A stretch of 64,000 nt of DNA, taken from NCBI GenBank assembly GCA_963796965.1, contig CAWCNS010000012.1:73923-137922 (forward strand), given 5' to 3'. Positions within the stretch are counted from its first letter, which is position 1. The number at the start of each line of letters is the position of its first letter. The stretch comes from Calditrichia bacterium (GTDB taxonomy: Bacteria > Calditrichota > Calditrichia > JAJRVZ01). The notes below the pieces were generated by a model. The model searched no databases and had not been told where the DNA came from. It saw nothing but the letters and a program-made list of their open reading frames with translations. A program made the position numbers and the translations under genes. Positions 44,532-54,179 of this stretch are shown here, piece after piece.

Positions 44532-46070
44532 TTACGGCTTAATGCTCAAATTTATAATGTTCTCTCCATAGTTCATTTCCACATATTCCCGATGACGATC
44601 ATGGTGTTGCGAATGAATTTCTATCCTCGCGCTAAATATCTTTGGCTTTGACCAATAAAATATTTCAGTATTGTACACCCCCTCATGATTACTAAAAGTC
44701 GAAGCTAAAGTATCTTGTTGATGGATGACATATACTCTGGCATTTGGTACAGGTTTGTTTGATTCTCTTTCGCTTATTAAGCCCTTCGCATAGTATTTAA
44801 TTCTGAGGGGTTTGAGAGAATGTTCCGTTATAAATGGCTTTTTTGCATAGACCGTAAAATCTTCACTTGAACCATTATGATCAATATCCGTTAGAACTTC
44901 CAGATTTACCACCATTGATAATGCCGTATCCGTTAGAGTTGTCTGATAGAGTCCATTATCAGATTCAATAGTATCCACGATTGCATTATTCTGATGAATC
45001 ACTATTTTTTTATTTAATCTTTTACCTGTCAAATCATCTTTAATCACTCCAGTGAGCAAATAGTCATTCACAGGTTTATGCAACTCAATATTTTTCTGGT
45101 TACTTCCAGGATACAAGGTGATGTATTCAATATGTGTCTCATAGCCATAACGGATTAATTTAATCATCACGTCATCAAGTTGTTCTGCTACCTTTGTGAA
45201 TGTCCCGCAATTATATGTATTGCCTACAACGCCATTATAAAGTGTATCCGGTTCATTAAGTGGATGGTTAATTAATAAAAGCCGGCCATTTTTTATGTTG
45301 TTTCCGTAATTGTTCTGGATTGTGCCGCTGAGTTTAAAAGTTATATAGGGGCTTATGCTAAACTCAAATTCATTTCGTACACCCTCAATTAACCGGACAT
45401 TGGTATCCAGGACCGCATAACCTGGTCTTATTATTTTGACTTCGGCAAAGTCGTCAAAATTAGAATTGGAATTATTAAACATATTTGTTGGATGATAACT
45501 TGAGCGATCTACCTGCTCCAGGTAAATTGTAAAAAACCCACCATCCAGGGCAATCATTTTATTCTGTGCTACTTTACCTGTCTGATTATCTCGTAAGCGA
45601 TATACATAAACACCACTGGCCATTTCGATGTCGATTTGGTTTTGGCTATTCACATTCACCCGGATCAAAAGTTGTCCCAAAATAGTATAGATCTCCAGAA
45701 CATCGTACCCATCCGGAAACTGAATGGTTGTGCTGGGATTAAATGGATTAGGGAAATTCTGTACAATATCTTCCTCAATACTTTTCCATTTGCCATTAAA
45801 ATGCCCTAAATGATCTGTTTGAAAATTAGTGCTATCAGGTAAAATAATAAATCGGGCAGTCGCACCGCCAACCGGTCTTTGAGAGAATGCATCGTAAATC
45901 TCTCCTGAGATAGGGTAGGTGAAGATAGTTTCATTCCTGGAGACTCTTTCATGGTTATCAAAATTTTGAGAATAAGACTCCAATACCAGAACAAGGAAGA
46001 AAAGAAGGGTCCAGTTGATAGGCAATCTAAGTAAATTCAATAATGTTCGAAGCGGGATAGAATATGTCAT
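44532..46070 (-). CDS. Secreted protein with an internal secretion-tail-like domain and carboxypeptidase-regulatory-like Ig repeats
   Basis: Signal peptide; QNFPNPFNPSTTI...IYTILGQLL...MASGVYVYRL at aa ~105-175; repeated units such as ISGEIYD...PVGGA and KGLISE...PVPNARV. Confidence 0.7.
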   Translation of the reverse strand: MTYSIPLRTLLNLLRLPINWTLLFFLVLVLESYSQNFDNHERVSRNETIFTYPISGEIYDAFSQRPVGGATARFIILPDSTNFQTDHLGHFNGKWKSIEEDIVQNFPNPFNPSTTIQFPDGYDVLEIYTILGQLLIRVNVNSQNQIDIEMASGVYVYRLRDNQTGKVAQNKMIALDGGFFTIYLEQVDRSSYHPTNMFNNSNSNFDDFAEVKIIRPGYAVLDTNVRLIEGVRNEFEFSISPYITFKLSGTIQNNYGNNIKNGRLLLINHPLNEPDTLYNGVVGNTYNCGTFTKVAEQLDDVMIKLIRYGYETHIEYITLYPGSNQKNIELHKPVNDYLLTGVIKDDLTGKRLNKKIVIHQNNAIVDTIESDNGLYQTTLTDTALSMVVNLEVLTDIDHNGSSEDFTVYAKKPFITEHSLKPLRIKYYAKGLISERESNKPVPNARVYVIHQQDTLASTFSNHEGVYNTEIFYWSKPKIFSARIEIHSQHHDRHREYVEMNYGENIINLSIKP

Positions 46071-46320
46071 ACTTATTTATATCAAGTCTGTAGGTCATAT
46101 TAAAAATTATACAGGTCTTAAGTCAATAATTTTACAACTTTATGTATTAATATTCAAATTAAAAAACAGGCAAAAGGCCAAAGGCCCTTCAATAATTTTT
46201 ATTGATGCCTATGCATTAAACTATTATATTTTATCATAACAATCTGGTTAAGTTTTAGATATGAATTCTCACGTACCGGATTATCACTATTTACATCAAA
46301 TTATCTCACTAAAAGATAAA

Positions 46321-46515
46321 ATGTATTCCTCAGGTAGAAAAAATCAAAAAAGAGAATTTAATCCCTTTAATATTCGTGAAAATCATACCGATAATAAATA
46401 TCATATCAAGTTTGAAAGAATGGATGCGAGAATTAGAACAAAACCTTTCTGGTGGTTTATTCTCGCTCTTGTTTTTGTGATAATCTTATATTGGTATTTA
46501 AATGTTAGATTTTAA
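46321..46515 (+). CDS. Small hypothetical protein with a C-terminal TM helix
   Basis: Charged N-terminus then FWWFILALVFVIILYWYL; start could be 46261 or 46321. Confidence 0.55.
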   Translation: MYSSGRKNQKREFNPFNIRENHTDNKYHIKFERMDARIRTKPFWWFILALVFVIILYWYLNVRF

Positions 46516-46578
46516 AATCATCATTTTTTTAATATCATCCAATATTCAGGATGTGCTAGCCGGATCTCGGGAGGCCTA

Positions 46579-47658
46579 ATGATACAGATTAGTAAAATAA
46601 TCCAAAAAGTACCTATTTTTAGAATGCTGGGTAAAGAGAGTATTGATTTTATTGTTGAACGACTGAAGTTCAAGTCATTTGATGAAAATTATTCAATTTG
46701 TAAAATTGGAGATCCAGGCGATACCATGTTTATCATCATAACAGGGAATGTAGATATTGTCATCAATGATAAAGAGGGGAATGAACAAGTCGTTGCCTCA
46801 TTAGGGTCAGGAGATTATTTTGGTGAAATGGCCCTCCTCACGGGTGAACCTCGCACGGCAACCGTACGTACATCCGAACCTTCAGAAATGTTTTTATTAG
46901 TTCAAAAAGATTTTGATGTAATACTGGAAAAATTTCCTTCGATATCGTTGACCATGGGGAAAGATGTATCTAAGCGTCTCCGGGACTTGTTATCAAAAGC
47001 ACTTGAGATGCCAAGAAAAGCCGTTAAAGAAGCAGGACCTTCTGGTTCTTTGAGCGAAACGCCATTAATTGATCTGGTTGGTTTTTGTGAATCAAATTCT
47101 CTGACCGGTACACTCAAACTTAAAAACGGAGCAGAAGAGGGTGTTTTTACCTATGAAAGTGGTGAGTTACTCTCTGTAAAGGCCAGTAGCAAATCAGATG
47201 ATGAGGCCCTGGATATGATGCTTCATTGGACAGAGGGTACCTTTGAGATTGAGTCAAAGCCGCTAACGCTTAAAAAAGAACAGCCGGTTTCTGCAAGTTC
47301 CAAAGAGGTTAAGGAAATATTGATTGTAAACAATAGTCTTGTAGTTAGAAAATTAATTGAACGGGCTTTTAAAAGTCTTGGCTATAAAATTAATACGGCA
47401 GAGAATATTGCAAAAGCAACAGAAATTATGGATACATCACCTGCTGATATCATTATCACGGATGTAAAACTTTCAGATGGATCGGGTGTCGCGTATTGCC
47501 AGGCAGAAAGATCAAACAGGAAAACACCCTTTATCTTTCTGGCAGATGATTCAATGAAGGATGATTTAATCACAGAGATAGAAAACTTGGGAGATGCTGA
47601 ATTAACCAAGACACATGAAGTGAGTGAGATTGTCAAACTGGTGGAGAATCTTATCTAA
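46579..47658 (+). CDS. cNMP-binding + DUF4388 (PatA_N-like) + atypical receiver domain protein
   Basis: GDYFGEMALLTGEPRTATV; SGSLSETPLIDLVGFCESNSLTGTL...WTEGTF; ILIVNNS...DIIITDVKLSDGSG. Confidence 0.85.
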   Translation: MIQISKIIQKVPIFRMLGKESIDFIVERLKFKSFDENYSICKIGDPGDTMFIIITGNVDIVINDKEGNEQVVASLGSGDYFGEMALLTGEPRTATVRTSEPSEMFLLVQKDFDVILEKFPSISLTMGKDVSKRLRDLLSKALEMPRKAVKEAGPSGSLSETPLIDLVGFCESNSLTGTLKLKNGAEEGVFTYESGELLSVKASSKSDDEALDMMLHWTEGTFEIESKPLTLKKEQPVSASSKEVKEILIVNNSLVVRKLIERAFKSLGYKINTAENIAKATEIMDTSPADIIITDVKLSDGSGVAYCQAERSNRKTPFIFLADDSMKDDLITEIENLGDAELTKTHEVSEIVKLVENLI

Positions 47659-47659
47659 G

Positions 47660-48808
47660 ATGAGTAAAACAGACCTAGATTATTTGCGCATCCTTCCACC
47701 TTTTGAGGATCTTTCCGAGGAAAAATTCGATTCTCTATCTGAGAATATTAAGGTTGTTAACTTATCCAAGAACCAATCGGTTTTTAAAGCCGGAGAAGAG
47801 GGAAACGCGTTTTATGTCATCAAAAGGGGTATGGTGCGGGTGTACATTGAGGCTCCTGAGAGTGGTGAAAAAATTATCCTCTCAAATCTCTCCGAAGGAG
47901 ATTATTTTGGCGAGATGGCATTACTCACCAATGGACCCAGGTCTGCTTCAATAGAGACGATTACCAATGTTTCATTGTTGTCTCTGGACAAAGAAGGATT
48001 TGACCGCATTCTGGAAGAGGATCCGAAGGTATCGATAGCGATATCACATATGTTGAGTCAACGCTTGATGCAGGCAAATCTTCAGCGGGTAGCATCAGAA
48101 CAGTTTTATCAGTCTAAAATCTCACCCTCTGGTTCCCTTGAAGATTTTGATATTTTGGAAGTACTTAAGTTTTGTGAGGAAAATTCATTAACCGGCAAAC
48201 TAGTATTGGTAAAAGATGATAAATCTGCCCAGATCTCTTTTTTGAAGGGCGTTGTTCAGAAAGTTGTTATGGACGATTTAGGGGACGCTGAAGCAATGGA
48301 TGTCCTGACCCTATGGAAAGATGGCAGATTCAAAATTGAACCATCTCTGTTTACTATGGAAGAAGAAAAAAAGGATGTGATTAAAGAAGAACCGGTTGCT
48401 GCTGAAATGCCCTCCACTGAAATCAAAGAAATTAACATCATTGCTGTTTTAGAGGACTTTCTTCAAAATTCATTTATGAGATTAATTGACCTTATCGGAT
48501 CTCAGCAAATGAATGAGGAAGTATCCCGCGCTAAGGAAAAATGCATCCCTTATTTTCCAGTACTTGAAAATTGTAATTTTAATGTTGTTCCCAAATTAGA
48601 AATAAGTTTAAAAATTACCGGAGATTGGACGGAAAAAGAAACCCTGGCCATTGCTGTCTTCCTGGAAACCATCATTAAAAATTGTCATGATTTTGTATAT
48701 GGGATGTCCTTTTTTGATTTAGAAGAGATTGCCGGTGAGAAGGCCGGGCAATTGAGAAGCATATCTTTTTTTGAATATATGGATAATGCGAGAGAGTTTA
48801 CATTTTAG
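47660..48808 (+). CDS. cNMP-binding + DUF4388 + unrecognised C-terminal domain protein
   Basis: GDYFGEMALLTNGPRSASI; SGSLEDFDILEVLKFCEENSLTGKL...WKDGRF; ATG one base after the upstream stop. Confidence 0.85.
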   Translation: MSKTDLDYLRILPPFEDLSEEKFDSLSENIKVVNLSKNQSVFKAGEEGNAFYVIKRGMVRVYIEAPESGEKIILSNLSEGDYFGEMALLTNGPRSASIETITNVSLLSLDKEGFDRILEEDPKVSIAISHMLSQRLMQANLQRVASEQFYQSKISPSGSLEDFDILEVLKFCEENSLTGKLVLVKDDKSAQISFLKGVVQKVVMDDLGDAEAMDVLTLWKDGRFKIEPSLFTMEEEKKDVIKEEPVAAEMPSTEIKEINIIAVLEDFLQNSFMRLIDLIGSQQMNEEVSRAKEKCIPYFPVLENCNFNVVPKLEISLKITGDWTEKETLAIAVFLETIIKNCHDFVYGMSFFDLEEIAGEKAGQLRSISFFEYMDNAREFTF

Positions 48809-48896
48809 CCACCTCTACAATCTCTCTTGTATTAGTTGTAGAATGTTTGGGCTATTTGTACAGATCCTCATTGAATTAATACTTGTTTCCCCCTTA

Positions 48897-48997
48897 AAAG
48901 GGGCTGTTGCAGTTTAGATAATTATAACAAAAATATGGGATTATCTATTCGAGTAAGCAAAATCTAATTCCCCCTTTGAAGGGGGGTAGGGGGATGT
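48897..48997. repeat. 101-bp dispersed repeat, copy 1
   Basis: Four mismatches by eye to 50915-51015; ends in CCCCCTTTGAAGGGGGGTAGGGGGATGT. Confidence 0.9.
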
Positions 48998-49034
48998 GCT
49001 AGTGTGCATGAAATCCGATTTATGAATCGTGATT

Positions 49035-49061
49035 GAGACGTCCCAACGGGACGTCTCTACA
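49035..49061. repeat. REP-like palindrome, GTAGAGACG family
   Basis: GAGACGTCCCAACGGGACGTCTCTACA. Confidence 0.8.
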
Positions 49062-49069
49062 TATAATTT

Positions 49070-49828
49070 TTAACCCCTCACATTTTTAATCAGATAATTA
49101 AAAGCATCATCCACATCATCTGTGAAATACATCAGATCTAAATCTTCTTTACTAATCGTTCCCCATTTAATCATAGCCGGTATATCTAAAACTTCATTCC
49201 AATATTCACTGCCATAAATGACGATAGGGATCTGTTTGCCAAGCTTATTTGTTTGTATTAATGTTAACACTTCCATTAATTCATCCAGCGTACCAAATCC
49301 ACCGGGGAAAACAACGACAGCCTTTGCCAGATAAACGAACCAAAACTTACGGATAAAGAAATAATGGAATTCAAACATTAAATCTTCATCAATATAGGGA
49401 TTAGGTGTTTGTTCCATGGGGATGCTGATATTTAACCCAACCGATTTACCGCCGGCAAGGGCAGCTCCTTTATTAGCCGCTTCCATAATCCCAGGTCCAC
49501 CTCCCGAGCAGATATAATGTTTTTGTTTTTTTGTTCCTTCAATAAAGGACCATTCCGTTAATTTTTTCGATAATTCGACGGTATCTGTATAATATTGTGC
49601 TTGTTTTTTCTGAATTTCATTGTTGGGATCAATCATGGATGGGTTGGGTGTGCGCGCAGATCCAAAAAAGACTAATAAATTTTTAATATCATATTTCCGG
49701 AATCGCATCAGGGGTTCGTTATACTCAGCGAGCATGCGAATGGTCCTGGCATCAGGACTGTTTAGGAAATCCTGGTTGCGATAAGCCTTTGGTGGTTTTT
49801 TTCCCGAATTCTTCTTTTGATTATTCAT
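49070..49828 (-). CDS. LOG family nucleotide phosphoribohydrolase (Rossmann fold)
   Basis: FFGSAR, SGGGPGIMEAANKGA, FHYFFIRK, PGGFGTLDE. Confidence 0.93.
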   Translation of the reverse strand: MNNQKKNSGKKPPKAYRNQDFLNSPDARTIRMLAEYNEPLMRFRKYDIKNLLVFFGSARTPNPSMIDPNNEIQKKQAQYYTDTVELSKKLTEWSFIEGTKKQKHYICSGGGPGIMEAANKGAALAGGKSVGLNISIPMEQTPNPYIDEDLMFEFHYFFIRKFWFVYLAKAVVVFPGGFGTLDELMEVLTLIQTNKLGKQIPIVIYGSEYWNEVLDIPAMIKWGTISKEDLDLMYFTDDVDDAFNYLIKNVRG

Positions 49829-49960
49829 GTCTGTCCCGGTTGTTTGGTATGATTGTTTTAGTCACTATAATTTATTAAAATCAAAAACGAATTTAGCAGG
49901 CAGTCCCTTTTAAATCAAATATACACCTTTAATTATTCCCGGTAGGAAGGCTGAATAATA

Positions 49961-50875
49961 ATGATAAGAAATATCCTGTTAATCTTTATTTTATTGAGTT
50001 CCCTCGCTGGCTGTGGCCAAAAGAAAGGAAACCAAGTGGATAATTTTACTATGACAGAGTTAGAGCATAAAATAAATAATTATATTAAGATGAAGAATGG
50101 ATTTATCGCTGTTTCAGTACAGTTAACAATCCCAGACCAATACTTAGGTATTAATGACACGATATCTGTTCATGCTGCGAGTACGATGAAAGTGCCTGTA
50201 ATGGCTGAAGTTTTCCGACAGGCAAATCAGGGTGTTTTTAGTCTCGATGATTCTATGTTGATAAAAAATGAATTTACAAGTATCATTGATGGCAGCCCCT
50301 TTTCATTGGATATTGCAGAGGATGGTGGTGATCGTTTATACGGAATGATTGGTAAAAAAGAATCTATCAGATCGCTTGTGGATGAGATGATCACCTATAG
50401 TGGAAATTTAGCCACTAACTTATTAATTGAAAAAGTAGGGGCCGACAACACTCAGAAATTTATGGAATCTCTGGGTGCAAAAGATATTCAGGTGTTAAGG
50501 GGCGTCGAGGATATAAAAGCATACAGGGCGGGAAAGAATAATACAACCACCGCAAAAGATTTGTCCATTATCTTTAAATCTATTTTATCAGGAGATGAAT
50601 GGGAAAAGTCAAGCCGGGAGGACATGCTTAATATTTTACTGGATCAAAAATTTAAAAAGAAGATTCCGGCAGGTCTGCCAGCAGAGGTTAAAGTCGCCCA
50701 TAAAACAGGATCGATAACCAAAATCGACCATGATGCCGGTATTATCTTTCCTTCTGATAAGGCCCCATATATATTGGTTGTATTGACCAAAGGCTTCGAA
50801 AATCATGATGAGGCTCAGGATTGTATTGCGGATATTTCGCGTATGGTATACCAATGGTATATGAAAGAAGGATAA
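49961..50875 (+). CDS. Class A beta-lactamase-related serine hydrolase, lipoprotein
   Basis: LAGC lipobox, AASTMK (SxxK), SGN, AHKTGS. Confidence 0.88.
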   Translation: MIRNILLIFILLSSLAGCGQKKGNQVDNFTMTELEHKINNYIKMKNGFIAVSVQLTIPDQYLGINDTISVHAASTMKVPVMAEVFRQANQGVFSLDDSMLIKNEFTSIIDGSPFSLDIAEDGGDRLYGMIGKKESIRSLVDEMITYSGNLATNLLIEKVGADNTQKFMESLGAKDIQVLRGVEDIKAYRAGKNNTTTAKDLSIIFKSILSGDEWEKSSREDMLNILLDQKFKKKIPAGLPAEVKVAHKTGSITKIDHDAGIIFPSDKAPYILVVLTKGFENHDEAQDCIADISRMVYQWYMKEG

Positions 50876-50914
50876 AATTCTGTAAATAACCTCCGCCATT
50901 TCTCCCTCCTTGCT

Positions 50915-51015
50915 AAAGGGGCTATTACAGTTTAGATAATTATAACAAAAATATGAGATTATCTATTCGAGTAGGCAAAATCTAATTCCCCCTTTGAAGG
51001 GGGGTAGGGGGATGT
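50915..51015. repeat. 101-bp dispersed repeat, copy 2
   Basis: Direct repeat of 48897-48997. Confidence 0.9.
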
Positions 51016-51048
51016 TATTACACAACTTAAGGGGATGGTAATCTAAAC

Positions 51049-51246
51049 GGACCTCACCCCTCAATCCCCTCTCCTGAAAGGCGAGGGGAAGGAGATCAAG
51101 CCAATAATAAAACGTGTCCACCAACATGTGAATCCGCCTAAGAGTGCGAATACAAACCTAGCTGCAGGATGCACACATCACATCTCCCCTCTCCTCGCAG
51201 GAGAGGGGTCGGCCCGAGACGCGCTACGTTGTAAGGGGAGAGGTCC
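51049..51246. mobile_element. REPIN/MITE-like element, GGACCTCACCCC family
   Basis: GGACCTCACCCC...GGGGAGAGGTCC ends, palindromic arms; spacer homologous in reverse orientation to 53771-53995. Confidence 0.85.
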
Positions 51247-51322
51247 CAAGACAACATTAAGCATACTCACATTGTTAACCATTTTCAAATCAATGATTGC
51301 TTTATAAGGAATGTGATAATTC

Positions 51323-51373
51323 AGACACGCCTCCCGAATACGGGATTTTCAATCAGCGAGGCGTCTCTACAAC
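51323..51373. repeat. GTAGAGACG-family REP with an internal TCCCG-AATA-CGGGA hairpin insert
   Basis: AGACACGCCTC[CCGAATACGGGATTTTCAATCAGC]GAGGCGTCTCTACAAC. Confidence 0.65.
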
Positions 51374-51420
51374 GTAGGTGGGGGCAACTAGCTGTTTGCA
51401 TATTCTGCGGATTATTTGGA

Positions 51421-53409
51421 TCAGTTATTTGCCATTTTTAATTGCCTCAATTTTCCAATCGTTTTTTCTGCCTCTGATCGTATCGAATCCAATTTCTTAT
51501 TCAGATTAACAACAAAACCATTCTCATTATAGGTTCCCACAATCGCCGCAAATTCTTTATTCCTCATCTCCTCGTTTCCATTGATACCATATCCAATTCT
51601 GCTTTTTGGGGAAAACTCTTTTGCCGCATCCTTAAGAACTCTGCGAATGGCTTTTTCCGATGAGGAATGCCAGCTGTTTATGATTTGTATATAGACGGAT
51701 ATTAAATCCTGATTTGGATATCGTTCTTTAATAATGTTCTGCGTCCATATCCAGGAATGATTATCGTAATCATTATGTATTTCTCTAAAGCGGTCAACAA
51801 TTTGGTGAATAGAATTTAATTCCTTCCCGCCAAGTTCATCGTAAAGTGGCCTTATCAAATTTATTGGAACTATCATACCTGCCGCGTCCACCCAATGGGC
51901 ATGATTTGCTTGGTTGTCATTATTAAACAACGAAAGGACATCCGGTTTTTTAAAGTCATCGCCCAGCGTTTCAAATTGTTTGAGCAGCGCATCGCCAAGA
52001 TATATATGGAGTATCGATTCATAATCGTTAATGGCTTTATTTATCCTTGTTTTTTCAATTATCATGCCATTTATATGGGCATGCGTATCATTTTCGGATA
52101 AGTTTTGATTCATCTCCTTTAAGAGTGAAAGTGCTTTGATTATTTTGCTCACGATAAAGGGTGTCAATACATTGAAATTGATCAAATCATATAGATGAGG
52201 ATCCGTTCGGTTGTCGCGGTATAACCATTTGTTTTTGTCCCGCTCTGTTCCTGCAGTAAAATAATTAAGAGCGGGTAAAATAACTGTTTTACCTTTGGTC
52301 TCTAATATATAGGAGAACGGAAAGTCTGCTGCATCAAAATTTGTCAGATGTTTACCAATAATAACGGAGAATGCGCCAATTCTTGATGGCCAGAGGAGAT
52401 AGGAAAACGAACCTGTTTTGCTGCCTCTTTCGACAACCCCCTGATGAATTGGGCCTAGCTTATACATGTGGTTGCTTTGATTACTTCCACTTCCTGCATT
52501 AAAAAATGAGACCATGGCAGCAATTAAGAGAGTCGATTTATGATGAGTAACGGTAAAAGGACCGGCAAAAATATTACAGGCTTCACCATGAAATAATTCG
52601 GAATTACAGAAAAGAAGAGAGTTGTCTGCTGAAAATTGTTTGCCAATCTGAACAGCCTGACCGATAAAACTTTTTTCAATAATCGCCCCGCTGTCAATCC
52701 TTGAACCCGATAAGACGATAAACTCCCGGGCGTCGACACCGTCACCAATATAAACGGGTGCTAATGAATTGCTTGAAATTGTGCCCTCCTGCAAACATGT
52801 AACACCGGATATCTGAGCAGATTCTCCAATCGTAACATTGATTATCTTGCCGGAATCGGTGATCCGAGAATTCTTTTTTATTTTGCCCCGGGATGACTTT
52901 TTACTTTCCACGTATGAATGTATAATCTCTTCAAGTTTTCTATTTAATTCAGGATTTTGACGGTATGTTGTCATTAAATAGGCAAGTTGTGCTGTCATGA
53001 GATCAAACATAGGAAACTTGCGATTCCCATTTGCATTCAGAACTTCAATATCAACACCATTGCCAAAAAACGTTTCACCCGTCACTTGCAGACGACCTAC
53101 ATTTTCGATAATCACATTTTCTTCAATATCATAGTTGATAAGATTTTTTACATCCGAGATATACACATTATCTGCAATGGTACAATCCTGTATCGAAGAA
53201 TTTTTTATTCCACATTTTTTTTTGATACCGCGTCCCAGATCTAATTCACCATCATAGACACCCAGGGATACCTGTCCGCTAAAAAAAACATGATGGATCG
53301 ATTCTGGTGAAAATCCTTCACGAACTTCAATAAGAGACCAGTCATCGGCATGGCAGGATTGTTTGCTGAGAATATTTATTTCTTCATTTGTTAATTTTCT
53401 ACTTTTCAT
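51421..53409 (-). CDS. DUF4954 family protein (left-handed beta-helix-like repeats), function unknown
   Basis: RKLTNEEINILSKQSCHADDWS start, FAGPFTVTHHKSTLLIA, NAGSGSNQSNHMYKLGPIHQG; about 660 aa. Confidence 0.85.
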   Translation of the reverse strand: MKSRKLTNEEINILSKQSCHADDWSLIEVREGFSPESIHHVFFSGQVSLGVYDGELDLGRGIKKKCGIKNSSIQDCTIADNVYISDVKNLINYDIEENVIIENVGRLQVTGETFFGNGVDIEVLNANGNRKFPMFDLMTAQLAYLMTTYRQNPELNRKLEEIIHSYVESKKSSRGKIKKNSRITDSGKIINVTIGESAQISGVTCLQEGTISSNSLAPVYIGDGVDAREFIVLSGSRIDSGAIIEKSFIGQAVQIGKQFSADNSLLFCNSELFHGEACNIFAGPFTVTHHKSTLLIAAMVSFFNAGSGSNQSNHMYKLGPIHQGVVERGSKTGSFSYLLWPSRIGAFSVIIGKHLTNFDAADFPFSYILETKGKTVILPALNYFTAGTERDKNKWLYRDNRTDPHLYDLINFNVLTPFIVSKIIKALSLLKEMNQNLSENDTHAHINGMIIEKTRINKAINDYESILHIYLGDALLKQFETLGDDFKKPDVLSLFNNDNQANHAHWVDAAGMIVPINLIRPLYDELGGKELNSIHQIVDRFREIHNDYDNHSWIWTQNIIKERYPNQDLISVYIQIINSWHSSSEKAIRRVLKDAAKEFSPKSRIGYGINGNEEMRNKEFAAIVGTYNENGFVVNLNKKLDSIRSEAEKTIGKLRQLKMANN

Positions 53410-53770
53410 TTATATATTTATCCCAAATTTCATGGATGTTCAGTATATATTAGTATTATTTAATAGTCAATTCTGACTCATTGCTTTCATATCTCGCAAA
53501 GACACAAAGGCGCAAAGTCTTATGATCGACTGATTTATGTATATACCCTTGAATATTATTTAATATTAATTCAAACTGAGTGTCCAGTTAAAAAAAACAA
53601 TTAATGATTTAAGTAAAAAACTTATTACACAGCCGAACCTCTTGAAAAGAGAATGGGAGCAAAATATAAAATAATTTAAACGATTGAGTTACAGGATATT
53701 TGATATTGGTCACAAGTAAAAGGGTAAATTAAGATGAAGAGTGTTTGATGGTAGGCGCATGGTTTGTTCA

Positions 53771-53995
53771 GGACCTCACCCCTTACAACGTAGCGCGTCT
53801 CGGGCTTCTTTTTTATGGGAAAAAAAAATTAAACCACCCGGCCCCTCTCCTGAAAGGCGAGGGGAGAGGTGATGTATCCTCAATCTAGTTTTGTAATCGA
53901 CTCTTAGGCGGATTCACAAATTGGTAGACAAGATTTACGATTGGCTTGATCTATTTCCCCTCTCCTTTCAGGAGAGGGGATTAAGGGGTGAGGTC
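53771..53995. mobile_element. REPIN/MITE-like element, GGACCTCACCCC family (inverted relative to the 51049 copy)
   Basis: GGACCTCACCCCTTACAACGTAGCGCGTCTCGGG...AGGAGAGGGGATTAAGGGGTGAGGTC. Confidence 0.85.
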
Positions 53996-54126
53996 TTTTG
54001 TAATCCCGAATTAACAACTCATTAACTATTCTAATCCTCTAAGTGTGGTAAAATATCAACATCATATTTTTGGCAAGTCTGTTGTATTATCAGTTTTACT
54101 TTTACTGTGAATCTTGTATATTCCGA

Positions 54127-54145
54127 TTGTTCAGTCCTTGAACAA
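54127..54145. promoter_or_regulatory. Candidate ROK-regulator operator
   Basis: Perfect inverted repeat TTGTTCA-GTCCT-TGAACAA just after a TATATT -10-like box and 35 bp before the ROK start. Confidence 0.55.
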
Positions 54146-54179
54146 ACATCGGCTCAATTCAAAAATTAAAAAGGTGAAA

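Noticed and set aside
49961..50875. True beta-lactam resistance gene
   Set aside because: SGN replaces SDN and the omega-loop region is atypical; this broad serine-hydrolase family cannot be called a resistance enzyme from sequence alone.
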